A stretch of DNA of 64,000 nt. It comes from Bugula neritina. Taxonomy: Eukaryota; Animalia; Bryozoa. The stretch lies in the NCBI GenBank assembly GCA_964035545.1, contig OZ037765.1, positions 15,014,698 through 15,078,697 of the forward strand. Direction: 5' to 3'. The notes under the pieces are model-generated. The model was not told the origin of the DNA and did not search any database. It saw only the letters and a program-made list of their open reading frames with translations. Made by a program: the position numbers and the translations under genes. Shown piece after piece: positions 20,940 through 38,900 of the stretch (the stretch's first letter is position 1; every line of letters starts with the position of its first letter).

Positions 20940-23900
20940 TAATAAAATACATTGTAACATACTGAGGTATACTGCAACATACTGCAACATACTGCAACAT
21001 ACTGAAATACACTGTAACATACTGAAATACACTGCAACATACTGCAACATACTGAAATACATTGGAACATATTGAAACACACTACAACACATTAAAATAT
21101 ACTGCAACACACTGAAACATACGGCAACATACTGAAATATACTGCAAAACATTGAAATATACTGCTACATACTGAAACATGCTGTAGCATACTGAAATAC
21201 ACTGCAACACACTGAAGTATACTGTAATATACAGAAATGTTCTGTAACATACTGAAAGGTACGTCAACATACTGAAATGTACTCCAACGTGCTGAACTAT
21301 ACTGTAACATACTGAAATACACTGTAATATACTGAATTAAACTGCAACATACTGCAACATACAGAAATAAGCTGTAACATATTGAAATACACCACAACAT
21401 ATTGTAATATACTGCAACATACTGAACCATACGGCAACATACTGAAATATACTGCAACACATTGAATCATACTGCAACATAGTCAAATATAATGCAAGAT
21501 ACTGTAACATTCTGAAAAACACTGTGACATACTGAAATACACTGCATCATACTGCAACATACTGCAACATACTGAAATACACTGCAACACATTGAAGTAA
21601 ACCGCAACATACTTAAATATACGGTAACATACTGAAATATACTGTAACTCATTGAAAAACATTGCAACATACTGAAACATACTGAAATATGCTGTAGCAC
21701 ACTGAAATACACCGCAGTTCAATAAAAAATAGTGTAATATACGGAAATGTACCGTAACATACTGAAATATACTGTAACAGACTGAAATGTACTGTAACAA
21801 ACTGAAATATACTGCAACATGCTGAAATACACTGTAACATAATGAAATATACTGCAACATACTGCAACATACCGAATTACACTGTAACAAACTGAAATAC
21901 ACTCCAACATACTACAACATACTGAAATACACTGTAACATATTGAAATACACCGCAACACATTGAAATATACTGCAACATACCGAAATATATGGTAAACT
22001 ACTGAACTATACTGTAACACATTGAAACTTACCGCAAAATACTAAAATACACTGCAACACACTGAAGTATACTGTAATATATAGAAATGTACTGTAAAAT
22101 ACTTAAACATACGACAACATACCAAAAAACATACTGCAACATACTGAATTACACTGCAATATCCTGAAATATACTTCAACATACTGAAATATACCTAAAA
22201 ACATTGAAATATACTGAAATACAGTGTAGGATATTGAAATACACTGCAACAATTTGGAATATACAGCAACATACCGAAATATATGGTAACCTACTGAAAT
22301 ATGTTGCAAACTACTGAAATATACTGCAACATACTGCAACATAATGAAATATACTACAACATATTGAAATACACTGTAACACATTGAAATATACTGCAAC
22401 ACACTGAAACATACGGCAACATATTGAAATATACTGTAACATACTGAAATATACTGCAAGATACTGCAATATACTGAAATACACTGTAACATACTGAAAT
22501 ACACTGCAAAATACTGCAACATACTGGCATACACTGGAACATACTGAAATACACTGCAACATACTACAACATACTGAAATACACTGTAACCTACTGAAAT
22601 ATGCTGTAGCACACTGAAATATACTGCAACATACTGAAATATAATGCAAGTTACTACAACATACTGAAATACACTGTGACATACTGAAATACACTGCAAC
22701 ATACTGCAAGAATCTGCAACATACTGAAATACACTGTAACATATTGAAATACACTGCAAAACCTTGAAATATACTGCAACACACTGAAGGATACGGCAAC
22801 ATACTGAAATATACTGTGACACATTTAAATGTACTGCAACGTACTGAAATATGCTGTAGCATACTGAAATATACTGTAACACACTGTAATATACTGCAAC
22901 ATACTGCAACATACTGACATATACTGGAACATACTGAAATAAACTCCAACATACTACAACATACTGAAATACACTGTAACCTACTGAAATATGCTGTAGC
23001 ACACTGAAATATACTGCAACATACTGAAATATAATGCAAGTAACTACAACATACTGAAAAACACTGTGACATACTGAGATACACTGCAACATACTGCAAC
23101 ATACTGAAATACACTGTAACAGACTGAAATGTACTGTAACACACTGAAATATACTGCAACATGCTGAAATACACTGTAACATACTGAAATGTACTGCAAC
23201 ATACTGCAACATGCCGAATTACACTGTAACAAACTGAAATACACTCCAACATACTACAACATACTGAAATACACTGCAACACATTGAAGTAAACCGCAAC
23301 ATACTTAAATATACGGTAACATACTGAAATATACTGTAACTCATTGAAAAACATTGCAACATACTGAAACATACTGAAATATGCTGTAGCACACTGAAAT
23401 ACACCGCAATTCAATAAAAAATAGTGTAATATACGGAAATGTACCGTAACATACTGAAATATACTGTAACAGACTGAAATGTACTGTAACAAACTGAAAT
23501 ATACTGCAACATGCTGAAATACACTGTAACATAATGAAATATACTGCAACATACTGCAACATACCGACTTACACTGTAACAAACTGAAATACACTCCAAC
23601 ATACTACAACATACTGAAATACACTGTAACATATTGAAATACACCGCAACACATTGAAATATACTGCAACATACCGAAATATATGGTAAACTACTGAATT
23701 ATACTGTAACACATTGAAACTTACCGCAAAATACTAAAATACACTGCAACACACTGAAGTATACTGTAATATATAGAAATGTACTGTAAAATACTTAAAC
23801 ATACGACAACATACCAAAAAACATACTGCAACATACTGAATTACACTGCAATATCCTGAAATATACTTCAACATACTGAAACATACCTAAAAACATTGAA

Positions 23901-26900
23901 ATATACTGAAATACAGTGTAGGATATTGAAATACACTGCAACAATTTGGAATATACAGCAACATACCGAAATATATGGTAACCTACTGAAATATGTTGCA
24001 AACTACTGAAATATACTGCAACATACTGCAACATAATGAAATATACTGTAACACATTGGAATAAACTGCAAAATACTGAAATATACTGTAACATACTGAA
24101 ACATACTGCAACATACCGAAATATACTGTAACATACTGAAATATACTGCAAGATACTGCAATATACTGAAATACACTGTAACATACTGAAATACACTGCA
24201 ACATACTGCAACATACTGACATACACTGGAACATACTGAAATACACTGCAACATGCTACAACATACTGAAATACGCTGTAACCTACTGAAATATGCTGTA
24301 GCACACTGAAATATACTGCAACATACTGAAATATAATGCAAGTTACTACAACATACTGAAATACACTGTGACATACTGAAATACACTGCAACATACTGCA
24401 AGAAACTGCAACATACTGAAATACACTGTAACATATTGAAATACACTGCAAAACCTTGAAATATACTGCAACACACTGAAGGATACGGCAACATACTGAA
24501 ATATACTCTGACACATTAAAATGTACTGCAACATACTGAAATATGCTGTAGCATACTGAAATATACTGTAACACACTGTAATATACTGCAACATACTGCA
24601 ACATACTGACATATACTGGAACATACTGAAATAAACTCCAACATACTACAACATACTGAAATACACTGTAACCTACTGAAATATGCTGTAGCACACTGAA
24701 ATATACTGCAACATACTGAAATATAATGCAAGTAACTACAACATACTGAAATACACTGTGACATACTGAGATACACTGCAACATACTGCAACATACTGAA
24801 ATACACTGTAACAGACTGAAATGTACTGTAACACACTGAAATATACTGCAACATGCTGAAATACACTGTAACATACTGAAATATACTGCAACATACTGCA
24901 ACATACCGAATTACACCGTAACAAACTGAAATACACTCCAACATACTACAACATACTGAAATACACTGTAACATATTGAAATACATCGCAACACATTGAA
25001 ATATACTGCAACACACTGAAATATACTGTAACACACTTTAATATACTGCAACATACTGCAACATACTGACATACACTGGAACATACTGAAATACACTCCA
25101 ACATACTACAACATACTGAAATACACTGTAACCTACTGAAATATGCTGTAGCACACTGAAATATACTGCAACATAATAAAATACATTGTAACATACTGAG
25201 GTATACTGCAACATACTGCAACATACTGAAATACACTGTAACATACTGAAATACACTGCAACATACTGCAACATACTGAAATACATTGGAACATATTGAA
25301 ACACACTACAACACATTAAAATATACTGCAACACACTGAAACATACGGCAACATACTGAAATATACTGCAAAACATTGAAATATACTGCTACATACTGAA
25401 ACATGCTGTAGCATACTGAAATACACTGCAACACACTGAAGTATACTGTAATATACAGAAATGTTCTGTAACATACTGAAAGGTACGTCAACATACTGAA
25501 ATGTACTCCAACGTGCTGAACTATACTGTAACATACTGAAATACACTGTAATATACTGAATTAAACTGCAACATACTGCAACATACAGAAATAAGCTGTA
25601 ACATATTGAAATACACCACAACATATTGTAATATACTGCAACATACTGAACCATACGGCAACATACTGAAATATACTGCAACACATTGAGTCATACTGCA
25701 ACATAGTCAAATATAATGCAAGATACTGTAACATTCTGAAAAACACTGTGACATACTGAAATACACTGCATCATACTGCAACATACTGCAACATACTGAA
25801 ATACACTGCAACACATTGAAGTAAACCGCAACATACTTAAATATACGGTAACATACTGAAATATACTGTAACTCATTGAAAAACATTGCAACATACTGAA
25901 ACATACTGAAATATGCTGTAGCACACTGAAATACACCGCAGTTCAATAAAAAATAGTGTAATATACGGAAATGTACCGTAACATACTGAAATATACTGTA
26001 ACAGACTGAAATGTACTGTAACAAACTGAAATATACTGCAACATGCTGAAATACACTGTAACATAATGAAATATACTGCAACATACTGCAACATACCGAA
26101 TTACACTGTAACAAACTGAAATACACTCCAACATACTACAACATACTGAAATACACTGTAACATATTGAAATACACCGCAACACATTGAAATATACTGCA
26201 ACATACCGAAATATATGGTAAACTACTGAACTATACTGTAACACATTGAAACTTACCGCAAAATACTAAAATACACTGCAACACACTGAAGTATACTGTA
26301 ATATATAGAAATGTACTGTAAAATACTTAAACATACGACAACATACCAAAAAACATACTGCAACATACTGAATTACACTGCAATATCCTGAAATATACTT
26401 CAACATACTGAAATATACCTAAAAACATTGAAATATACTGAAATACAGTGTAGGATATTGAAATACACTGCAACAATTTGGAATATACAGCAACATACCG
26501 AAATATATGGTAACCTACTGAAATATGTTGCAAACTACTGAAATATACTGCAACATACTGCAACATAATGAAATATACTACAACATATTGAAATACACTG
26601 TAACACATTGAAATATACTGCAACACACTGAAACATACGGCAACATATTGAAATATACTGTAACATACTGAAATATACTGCAAGATACTGCAATATACTG
26701 AAATACACTGTAACATACTGAAATACACTGCAACATACTGCAACATACTGGCATACACTGGAACATACTGAAATACACTGCAACATACTACAACATACTG
26801 AAATACACTGTAACCTACTGAAATATGCTGTAGCACACTGAAATATACTGCAACATACTGAAATATAATGCAAGTTACTACAACATACTGAAATACACTG

Positions 26901-29900
26901 TGACATACTGAAATACACTGCAACATACTGCAAGAATCTGCAACATACTGAAATACACTGTAACATATTGAAATACACTGCAAAACCTTGAAATATACTG
27001 CAACACACTGAAGGATACGGCAACATACTGAAATATACTGTGACACATTTAAATGTACTGCAACGTACTGAAATATGCTGTAGCATACTGAAATATACTG
27101 TAACACACTGTAATATACTGCAACATACTGCAACATACTGACATATACTGGAACATACTGAAATAAACTCCAACATACTACAACATACTGAAATACACTG
27201 TAACCTACTGAAATATGCTGTAGCACACTGAAATATACTGCAACATACTGAAATATAATGCAAGTAACTACAACATACTGAAAAACACTGTGACATACTG
27301 AGATACACTGCAACATACTGCAACATACTGAAATACACTGTAACAGACTGAAATGTACTGTAACACACTGAAATATACTGCAACATGCTGAAATACACTG
27401 TAACATACTGAAATGTACTGCAACATACTGCAACATGCCGAATTACACTGTAACAAACTGAAATACACTCCAACATACTACAACATACTGAAATACACTG
27501 CAACACATTGAAGTAAACCGCAACATACTTAAATATACGGTAACATACTGAAATATACTGTAACTCATTGAAAAACATTGCAACATACTGAAACATACTG
27601 AAATATGCTGTAGCACACTGAAATACACCGCAATTCAATAAAAAATAGTGTAATATACGGAAATGTACCGTAACATACTGAAATATACTGTAACAGACTG
27701 AAATGTACTGTAACAAACTGAAATATACTGCAACATGCTGAAATACACTGTAACATAATGAAATATACTGCAACATACTGCAACATACCGACTTACACTG
27801 TAACAAACTGAAATACACTCCAACATACTACAACATACTGAAATACACTGTAACATATTGAAATACACCGCAACACATTGAAATATACTGCAACATACCG
27901 AAATATATGGTAAACTACTGAATTATACTGTAACACATTGAAACTTACCGCAAAATACTAAAATACACTGCAACACACTGAAGTATACTGTAATATATAG
28001 AAATGTACTGTAAAATACTTAAACATACGACAACATACCAAAAAACATACTGCAACATACTGAATTACACTGCAATATCCTGAAATATACTTCAACATAC
28101 TGAAACATACCTAAAAACATTGAAATATACTGAAATACAGTGTAGGATATTGAAATACACTGCAACAATTTGGAATATACAGCAACATACCGAAATATAT
28201 GGTAACCTACTGAAATATGTTGCAAACTACTGAAATATACTGCAACATACTGCAACATAATGAAATATACTGTAACACATTGGAATAAACTGCAAAATAC
28301 TGAAATATACTGTAACATACTGAAACATACTGCAACATACCGAAATATACTGTAACATACTGAAATATACTGCAAGATACTGCAATATACTGAAATACAC
28401 TGTAACATACTGAAATACACTGCAACATACTGCAACATACTGACATACACTGGAACATACTGAAATACACTGCAACATGCTACAACATACTGAAATACGC
28501 TGTAACCTACTGAAATATGCTGTAGCACACTGAAATATACTGCAACATACTGAAATATAATGCAAGTTACTACAACATACTGAAATACACTGTGACATAC
28601 TGAAATACACTGCAACATACTGCAAGAAACTGCAACATACTGAAATACACTGTAACATATTGAAATACACTGCAAAACCTTGAAATATACTGCAACACAC
28701 TGAAGGATACGGCAACATACTGAAATATACTCTGACACATTAAAATGTACTGCAACATACTGAAATATGCTGTAGCATACTGAAATATACTGTAACACAC
28801 TGTAATATACTGCAACATACTGCAACATACTGACATATACTGGAACATACTGAAATAAACTCCAACATACTACAACATACTGAAATACACTGTAACCTAC
28901 TGAAATATGCTGTAGCACACTGAAATATACTGCAACATACTGAAATATAATGCAAGTAACTACAACATACTGAAATACACTGTGACATACTGAGATACAC
29001 TGCAACATACTGCAACATACTGAAATACACTGTAACAGACTGAAATGTACTGTAACACACTGAAATATACTGCAACATGCTGAAATACACTGTAACATAC
29101 TGAAATATACTGCAACATACTGCAACATACCGAATTACACCGTAACAAACTGAAATACACTCCAACATACTACAACATACTGAAATACACTGTAACATAT
29201 TGAAATACATCGCAACACATTGAAATATACTGCAACACACTGAAATATACTGTAACACACTTTAATATACTGCAACATACTGCAACATACTGACATACAC
29301 TGGAACATACTGAAATACACTCCAACATACTACAACATACTGAAATACACTGTAACCTACTGAAATATGCTGTAGCACACTGAAATATACTGCAACATAA
29401 TAAAATACATTGTAACATACTGAGGTATACTGCAACATACTGCAACATACTGAAATACACTGTAACATACTGAAATACACTGCAACATACTGCAACATAC
29501 TGAAATACATTGGAACATATTGAAACACACTACAACACATTAAAATATACTGCAACACACTGAAACATACGGCAACATACTGAAATATACTGCAAAACAT
29601 TGAAATATACTGCTACATACTGAAACATGCTGTAGCATACTGAAATACACTGCAACACACTGAAGTATACTGTAATATACAGAAATGTTCTGTAACATAC
29701 TGAAAGGTACGTCAACATACTGAAATGTACTCCAACGTGCTGAACTATACTGTAACATACTGAAATACACTGTAATATACTGAATTAAACTGCAACATAC
29801 TGCAACATACAGAAATAAGCTGTAACATATTGAAATACACCACAACATATTGTAATATACTGCAACATACTGAACCATACGGCAACATACTGAAATATAC

Positions 29901-32900
29901 TGCAACACATTGAATCATACTGCAACATAGTCAAATATAATGCAAGATACTGTAACATTCTGAAAAACACTGTGACATACTGAAATACACTGCATCATAC
30001 TGCAACATACTGCAACATACTGAAATACACTGCAACACATTGAAGTAAACCGCAACATACTTAAATATACGGTAACATACTGAAATATACTGTAACTCAT
30101 TGAAAAACATTGCAACATACTGAAACATACTGAAATATGCTGTAGCACACTGAAATACACCGCAGTTCAATAAAAAATAGTGTAATATACGGAAATGTAC
30201 CGTAACATACTGAAATATACTGTAACAGACTGAAATGTACTGTAACAAACTGAAATATACTGCAACATGCTGAAATACACTGTAACATAATGAAATATAC
30301 TGCAACATACTGCAACATACCGAATTACACTGTAACAAACTGAAATACACTCCAACATACTACAACATACTGAAATACACTGTAACATATTGAAATACAC
30401 CGCAACACATTGAAATATACTGCAACATACCGAAATATATGGTAAACTACTGAACTATACTGTAACACATTGAAACTTACCGCAAAATACTAAAATACAC
30501 TGCAACACACTGAAGTATACTGTAATATATAGAAATGTACTGTAAAATACTTAAACATACGACAACATACCAAAAAACATACTGCAACATACTGAATTAC
30601 ACTGCAATATCCTGAAATATACTTCAACATACTGAAATATACCTAAAAACATTGAAATATACTGAAATACAGTGTAGGATATTGAAATACACTGCAACAA
30701 TTTGGAATATACAGCAACATACCGAAATATATGGTAACCTACTGAAATATGTTGCAAACTACTGAAATATACTGCAACATACTGCAACATAATGAAATAT
30801 ACTACAACATATTGAAATACACTGTAACACATTGAAATATACTGCAACACACTGAAACATACGGCAACATATTGAAATATACTGTAACATACTGAAATAT
30901 ACTGCAAGATACTGCAATATACTGAAATACACTGTAACATACTGAAATACACTGCAACATACTGCAACATACTGGCATACACTGGAACATACTGAAATAC
31001 ACTGCAACATACTACAACATACTGAAATACACTGTAACCTACTGAAATATGCTGTAGCACACTGAAATATACTGCAACATACTGAAATATAATGCAAGTT
31101 ACTACAACATACTGAAATACACTGTGACATACTGAAATACACTGCAACATACTGCAAGAATCTGCAACATACTGAAATACACTGTAACATATTGAAATAC
31201 ACTGCAAAACCTTGAAATATACTGCAACACACTGAAGGATACGGCAACATACTGAAATATACTGTGACACATTTAAATGTACTGCAACGTACTGAAATAT
31301 GCTGTAGCATACTGAAATATACTGTAACACACTGTAATATACTGCAACATACTGCAACATACTGACATATACTGGAACATACTGAAATAAACTCCAACAT
31401 ACTACAACATACTGAAATACACTGTAACCTACTGAAATATGCTGTAGCACACTGAAATATACTGCAACATACTGAAATATAATGCAAGTAACTACAACAT
31501 ACTGAAAAACACTGTGACATACTGAGATACACTGCAACATACTGCAACATACTGAAATACACTGTAACAGACTGAAATGTACTGTAACACACTGAAATAT
31601 ACTGCAACATGCTGAAATACACTGTAACATACTGAAATGTACTGCAACATACTGCAACATGCCGAATTACACTGTAACAAACTGAAATACACTCCAACAT
31701 ACTACAACATACTGAATTACACTGCAACACATTGAAGTAAACCGCAACATACTTAAATATACGGTAACATACTGAAATATACTGTAACTCATTGAAAAAC
31801 ATTGCAACATACTGAAACATACTGAAATATGCTGTAGCACACTGAAATACACCGCAATTCAATAAAAAATAGTGTAATATACGGAAATGTACCGTAACAT
31901 ACTGAAATATACTGTAACAGACTGAAATGTACTGTAACAAACTGAAATATACTGCAACATGCTGAAATACACTGTAACATAATGAAATATACTGCAACAT
32001 ACTGCAACATACCGACTTACACTGTAACAAACTGAAATACACTCCAACATACTACAACATACTGAAATACACTGTAACATATTGAAATACACCGCAACAC
32101 ATTGAAATATACTGCAACATACCGAAATATATGGTAAACTACTGAATTATACTGTAACACATTGAAACTTACCGCAAAATACTAAAATACACTGCAACAC
32201 ACTGAAGTATACTGTAATATATAGAAATGTACTGTAAGATACTTAAACATACGACAACATACCAAAAAACATACTGCAACATACTGAATTACACTGCAAT
32301 ATCCTGAAATATACTTCAACATACTGAAACATACCTAAAAACATTGAAATATACTGAAATACAGTGTAGGATATTGAAATACACTGCAACAATTTGGAAT
32401 ATACAGCAACATACCGAAATATATGGTAACCTACTGAAATATGTTGCAAACTACTGAAATATACTGCAACATACTGCAACATAATGAAATATACTGTAAC
32501 ACATTGGAATAAACTGCAAAATACTGAAATATACTGTAACATACTGAAACATACTGCAACATACCGAAATATACTGTAACATACTGAAATATACTGCAAG
32601 ATACTGCAATATACTGAAATACACTGTAACATACTGAAATACACTGCAACATACTGCAACATACTGACATACACTGGAACATACTGAAATACACTGCAAC
32701 ATGCTACAACATACTGAAATACGCTGTAACCTACTGAAATATGCTGTAGCACACTGAAATATACTGCAACATACTGAAATATAATGCAAGTTACTACAAC
32801 ATACTGAAATACACTGTGACATACTGAAATACACTGCAACATACTGCAAGAAACTGCAACATACTGAAATACACTGTAACATATTGAAATACACTGCAAA

Positions 32901-35900
32901 ACCTTGAAATATACTGCAACACACTGAAGGATACGGCAACATACTGAAATATACTCTGACACATTAAAATGTACTGCAACATACTGAAATATGCTGTAGC
33001 ATACTGAAATATACTGTAACACACTGTAATATACTGCAACATACTGCAACATACTGACATATACTGGAACATACTGAAATAAACTCCAACATACTACAAC
33101 ATACTGAAATACACTGTAACCTACTGAAATATGCTGTAGCACACTGAAATATACTGCAACATACTGAAATATAATGCAAGTAACTACAACATACTGAAAT
33201 ACACTGTGACATACTGAGATACACTGCAACATACTGCAACATACTGAAATACACTGTAACAGACTGAAATGTACTGTAACACACTGAAATATACTGCAAC
33301 ATGCTGAAATACACTGTAACATACTGAAATATACTGCAACATACTGCAACATACCAAATTACACCGTAACAAACTGAAATACACTCCAACATACTACAAC
33401 ATACTGAAATACACTGTAACATATTGAAATACATCGCAACACATTGAAATATACTGCAACACACTGAAATATACTGTAACACACTTTAATATACTGCAAC
33501 ATACTGCAACATACTGACATACACTGGAACATACTGAAATACACTCCAACATACTACAACATACTGAAATACACTGTAACCTACTGAAATATGCTGTAGC
33601 ACACTGAAATATACTGCAACATAATAAAATACATTGTAACATACTGAGGTATACTGCAACATACTGCAACATACTGAAATACACTGTAACATACTGAAAT
33701 ACACTGCAACATACTGAAATACATTGGAACATATTGAAACACACTACAACACATTAAAATATACTGCAACACACTGAAACATACGGCAACATACTGAAAT
33801 ATACTGCAAAACATTGAAATATACTGCTACATACTGAAACATGCTGTAGCATACTGAAATACACTGCAACACACTGAAGTATACTGTAATATACAGAAAT
33901 GTTCTGTAACATACTGAAAGGTACGTCAACATACTGAAATGTACTCCAACGTGCTGAACTATACTGTAACATACTGAAATACACTGTAATATACTGAATT
34001 AAACTGCAACATACTGCAACATACAGAAATAAGCTGTAACATATTGAAATACACCACAACATATTGTAATATACTGCAACATACTGAACCATACGGCAAC
34101 ATACTGAAATATACTGCAACACATTGAGTCATACTGCAACATAGTCAAATATAATGCAAGATACTGTAACATTCTGAAAAACACTGTGACATACTGAAAT
34201 ACACTGCATCATACTGCAACATACTGCAACATACTGAAATACACTGCAACACATTGAAGTAAACCGCAACATACTTAAATATACGGTAACATACTGAAAT
34301 ATACTGTAACTCATTGAAAAACATTGCAACATACTGAAACATACTGAAATATGCTGTAGCACACTGAAATACACCGCAGTTCAATAAAAAATAGTGTAAT
34401 ATACGGAAATGTACCGTAACATACTGAAATATACTGTAACAGACTGAAATGTACTGTAACAAACTGAAATATACTGCAACATGCTGAAATACACTGTAAC
34501 ATAATGAAATATACTGCAACATACTGCAACATACCGAATTACACTGTAACAAACTGAAATACACTCCAACATACTACAACATACTGAAATACACTGTAAC
34601 ATATTGAAATACACCGCAACACATTGAAATATACTGCAACATACCGAAATATATGGTAAACTACTGAACTATACTGTAACACATTGAAACTTACCGCAAA
34701 ATACTAAAATACACTGCAACACACTGAAGTATACTGTAATATATAGAAATGTACTGTAAAATACTTAAACATACGACAACATACCAAAAAACATACTGCA
34801 ACATACTGAATTACACTGCAATATCCTGAAATATACTTCAACATACTGAAATATACCTAAAAACATTGAAATATACTGAAATACAGTGTAGGATATTGAA
34901 ATACACTGCAACAATTTGGAATATACAGCAACATACCGAAATATATGGTAACCTACTGAAATATGTTGCAAACTACTGAAATATACTGCAACATACTGCA
35001 ACATAATGAAATATACTACAACATATTGAAATACACTGTAACACATTGAAATATACTGCAACACACTGAAACATACGGCAACATATTGAAATATACTGTA
35101 ACATACTGAAATATACTGCAAGATACTGCAATATACTGAAATACACTGTAACATACTGAAATACACTGCAACATACTGCAACATACTGGCATACACTGGA
35201 ACATACTGAAATACACTGCAACATACTACAACATACTGAAATACACTGTAACCTACTGAAATATGCTGTAGCACACTGAAATATACTGCAACATACTGAA
35301 ATATAATGCAAGTTACTACAACATACTGAAATACACTGTGACATACTGAAATACACTGCAACATACTGCAAGAATCTGCAACATACTGAAATACACTGTA
35401 ACATATTGAAATACACTGCAAAACCTTGAAATATACTGCAACACACTGAAGGATACGGCAACATACTGAAATATACTGTGACACATTTAAATGTACTGCA
35501 ACGTACTGAAATATGCTGTAGCATACTGAAATATACTGTAACACACTGTAATATACTGCAACATACTGCAACATACTGACATATACTGGAACATACTGAA
35601 ATAAACTCCAACATACTACAACATACTGAAATACACTGTAACCTACTGAAATATGCTGTAGCACACTGAAATATACTGCAACATACTGAAATATAATGCA
35701 AGTAACTACAACATACTGAAAAACACTGTGACATACTGAGATACACTGCAACATACTGCAACATACTGAAATACACTGTAACAGACTGAAATGTACTGTA
35801 ACACACTGAAATATACTGCAACATGCTGAAATACACTGTAACATACTGAAATGTACTGCAACATACTGCAACATGCCGAATTACACTGTAACAAACTGAA

Positions 35901-38900
35901 ATACACTCCAACATACTACAACATACTGAAATACACTGCAACACATTGAAGTAAACCGCAACATACTTAAATATACGGTAACATACTGAAATATACTGTA
36001 ACTCATTGAAAAACATTGCAACATACTGAAACATACTGAAATATGCTGTAGCACACTGAAATACACCGCAATTCAATAAAAAATAGTGTAATATACGGAA
36101 ATGTACCGTAACATACTGAAATATACTGTAACAGACTGAAATGTACTGTAACAAACTGAAATATACTGCAACATGCTGAAATACACTGTAACATAATGAA
36201 ATATACTGCAACATACTGCAACATACCGACTTACACTGTAACAAACTGAAATACACTCCAACATACTACAACATACTGAAATACACTGTAACATATTGAA
36301 ATACACCGCAACACATTGAAATATACTGCAACATACCGAAATATATGGTAAACTACTGAATTATACTGTAACACATTGAAACTTACCGCAAAATACTAAA
36401 ATACACTGCAACACACTGAAGTATACTGTAATATATAGAAATGTACTGTAAAATACTTAAACATACGACAACATACCAAAAAACATACTGCAACATACTG
36501 AATTACACTGCAATATCCTGAAATATACTTCAACATACTGAAACATACCTAAAAACATTGAAATATACTGAAATACAGTGTAGGATATTGAAATACACTG
36601 CAACAATTTGGAATATACAGCAACATACCGAAATATATGGTAACCTACTGAAATATGTTGCAAACTACTGAAATATACTGCAACATACTGCAACATAATG
36701 AAATATACTGTAACACATTGGAATAAACTGCAAAATACTGAAATATACTGTAACATACTGAAACATACTGCAACATACCGAAATATACTGTAACATACTG
36801 AAATATACTGCAAGATACTGCAATATACTGAAATACACTGTAACATACTGAAATACACTGCAACATACTGCAACATACTGACATACACTGGAACATACTG
36901 AAATACACTGCAACATGCTACAACATACTGAAATACGCTGTAACCTACTGAAATATGCTGTAGCACACTGAAATATACTGCAACATACTGAAATATAATG
37001 CAAGTTACTACAACATACTGAAATACACTGTGACATACTGAAATACACTGCAACATACTGCAAGAAACTGCAACATACTGAAATACACTGTAACATATTG
37101 AAATACACTGCAAAACCTTGAAATATACTGCAACACACTGAAGGATACGGCAACATACTGAAATATACTCTGACACATTAAAATGTACTGCAACATACTG
37201 AAATATGCTGTAGCATACTGAAATATACTGTAACACACTGTAATATACTGCAACATACTGCAACATACTGACATATACTGGAACATACTGAAATAAACTC
37301 CAACATACTACAACATACTGAAATACACTGTAACCTACTGAAATATGCTGTAGCACACTGAAATATACTGCAACATACTGAAATATAATGCAAGTAACTA
37401 CAACATACTGAAATACACTGTGACATACTGAGATACACTGCAACATACTGCAACATACTGAAATACACTGTAACAGACTGAAATGTACTGTAACACACTG
37501 AAATATACTGCAACATGCTGAAATACACTGTAACATACTGAAATATACTGCAACATACTGCAACATACCGAATTACACCGTAACAAACTGAAATACACTC
37601 CAACATACTACAACATACTGAAATACACTGTAACATATTGAAATACATCGCAACACACTGAAATATACTGTAACACACTTTAATATACTGCAACATACTG
37701 CAACATACTGACATACACTGGAACATACTGAAATACACTCCAACATACTACAACATACTGAAATACACTGTAACCTACTGAAATATGCTGTAGCACACTG
37801 AAATATACTGCAACATAATAAAATACATTGTAACATACTGAGGTATACTGCAACATACTGCAACATACTGAAATACACTGTAACATACTGAAATACACTG
37901 CAACATACTGCAACATACTGAAATACATTGGAACATATTGAAACACACTACAACACATTAAAATATACTGCAACACACTGAAACATACGGCAACATACTG
38001 AAATATACTGCAAAACATTGAAATATACTGCTACATACTGAAACATGCTGTAGCATACTGAAATACACTGCAACACACTGAAGTATACTGTAATATACAG
38101 AAATGTTCTGTAACATACTGAAAGGTACGTCAACATACTGAAATGTACTCCAACGTGCTGAACTATACTGTAACATAGTGAAATACACTGTAATATACTG
38201 AATTAAACTGCAACATACTGCAACATACAGAAATAAGCTGTAACATATTGAAATACACCACAACATATTGTAATATACTGCAACATACTGAACCATACGG
38301 CAACATACTGAAATATACTGCAACACATTGAATCATACTGCAACATAGTCAAATATAATGCAAGATACTGTAACATTCTGAAAAACACTGTGACATACTG
38401 AAATACACTGCATCATACTGCAACATACTGCAACATACTGAAATACACTGCAACACATTGAAGTAAACCGCAACATACTTAAATATACGGTAACATACTG
38501 AAATATACTGTAACTCATTGAAAAACATTGCAACATACTGAAACATACTGAAATATGCTGTAGCACACTGAAATACACCGCAGTTCAATAAAAAATAGTG
38601 TAATATACGGAAATGTACCGTAACATACTGAAATATACTGTAACAGACTGAAATGTACTGTAACAAACTGAAATATACTGCAACATGCTGAAATACACTG
38701 TAACATAATGAAATATACTGCAACATACTGCAACATACCGAATTACACTGTAACAAACTGAAATACACTCCAACATACTACAACATACTGAAATACACTG
38801 TAACATATTGAAATACACCGCAACACATTGAAATATACTGCAACATACCGAAATATATGGTAAACTACTGAACTATACTGTAACACATTGAAACTTACCG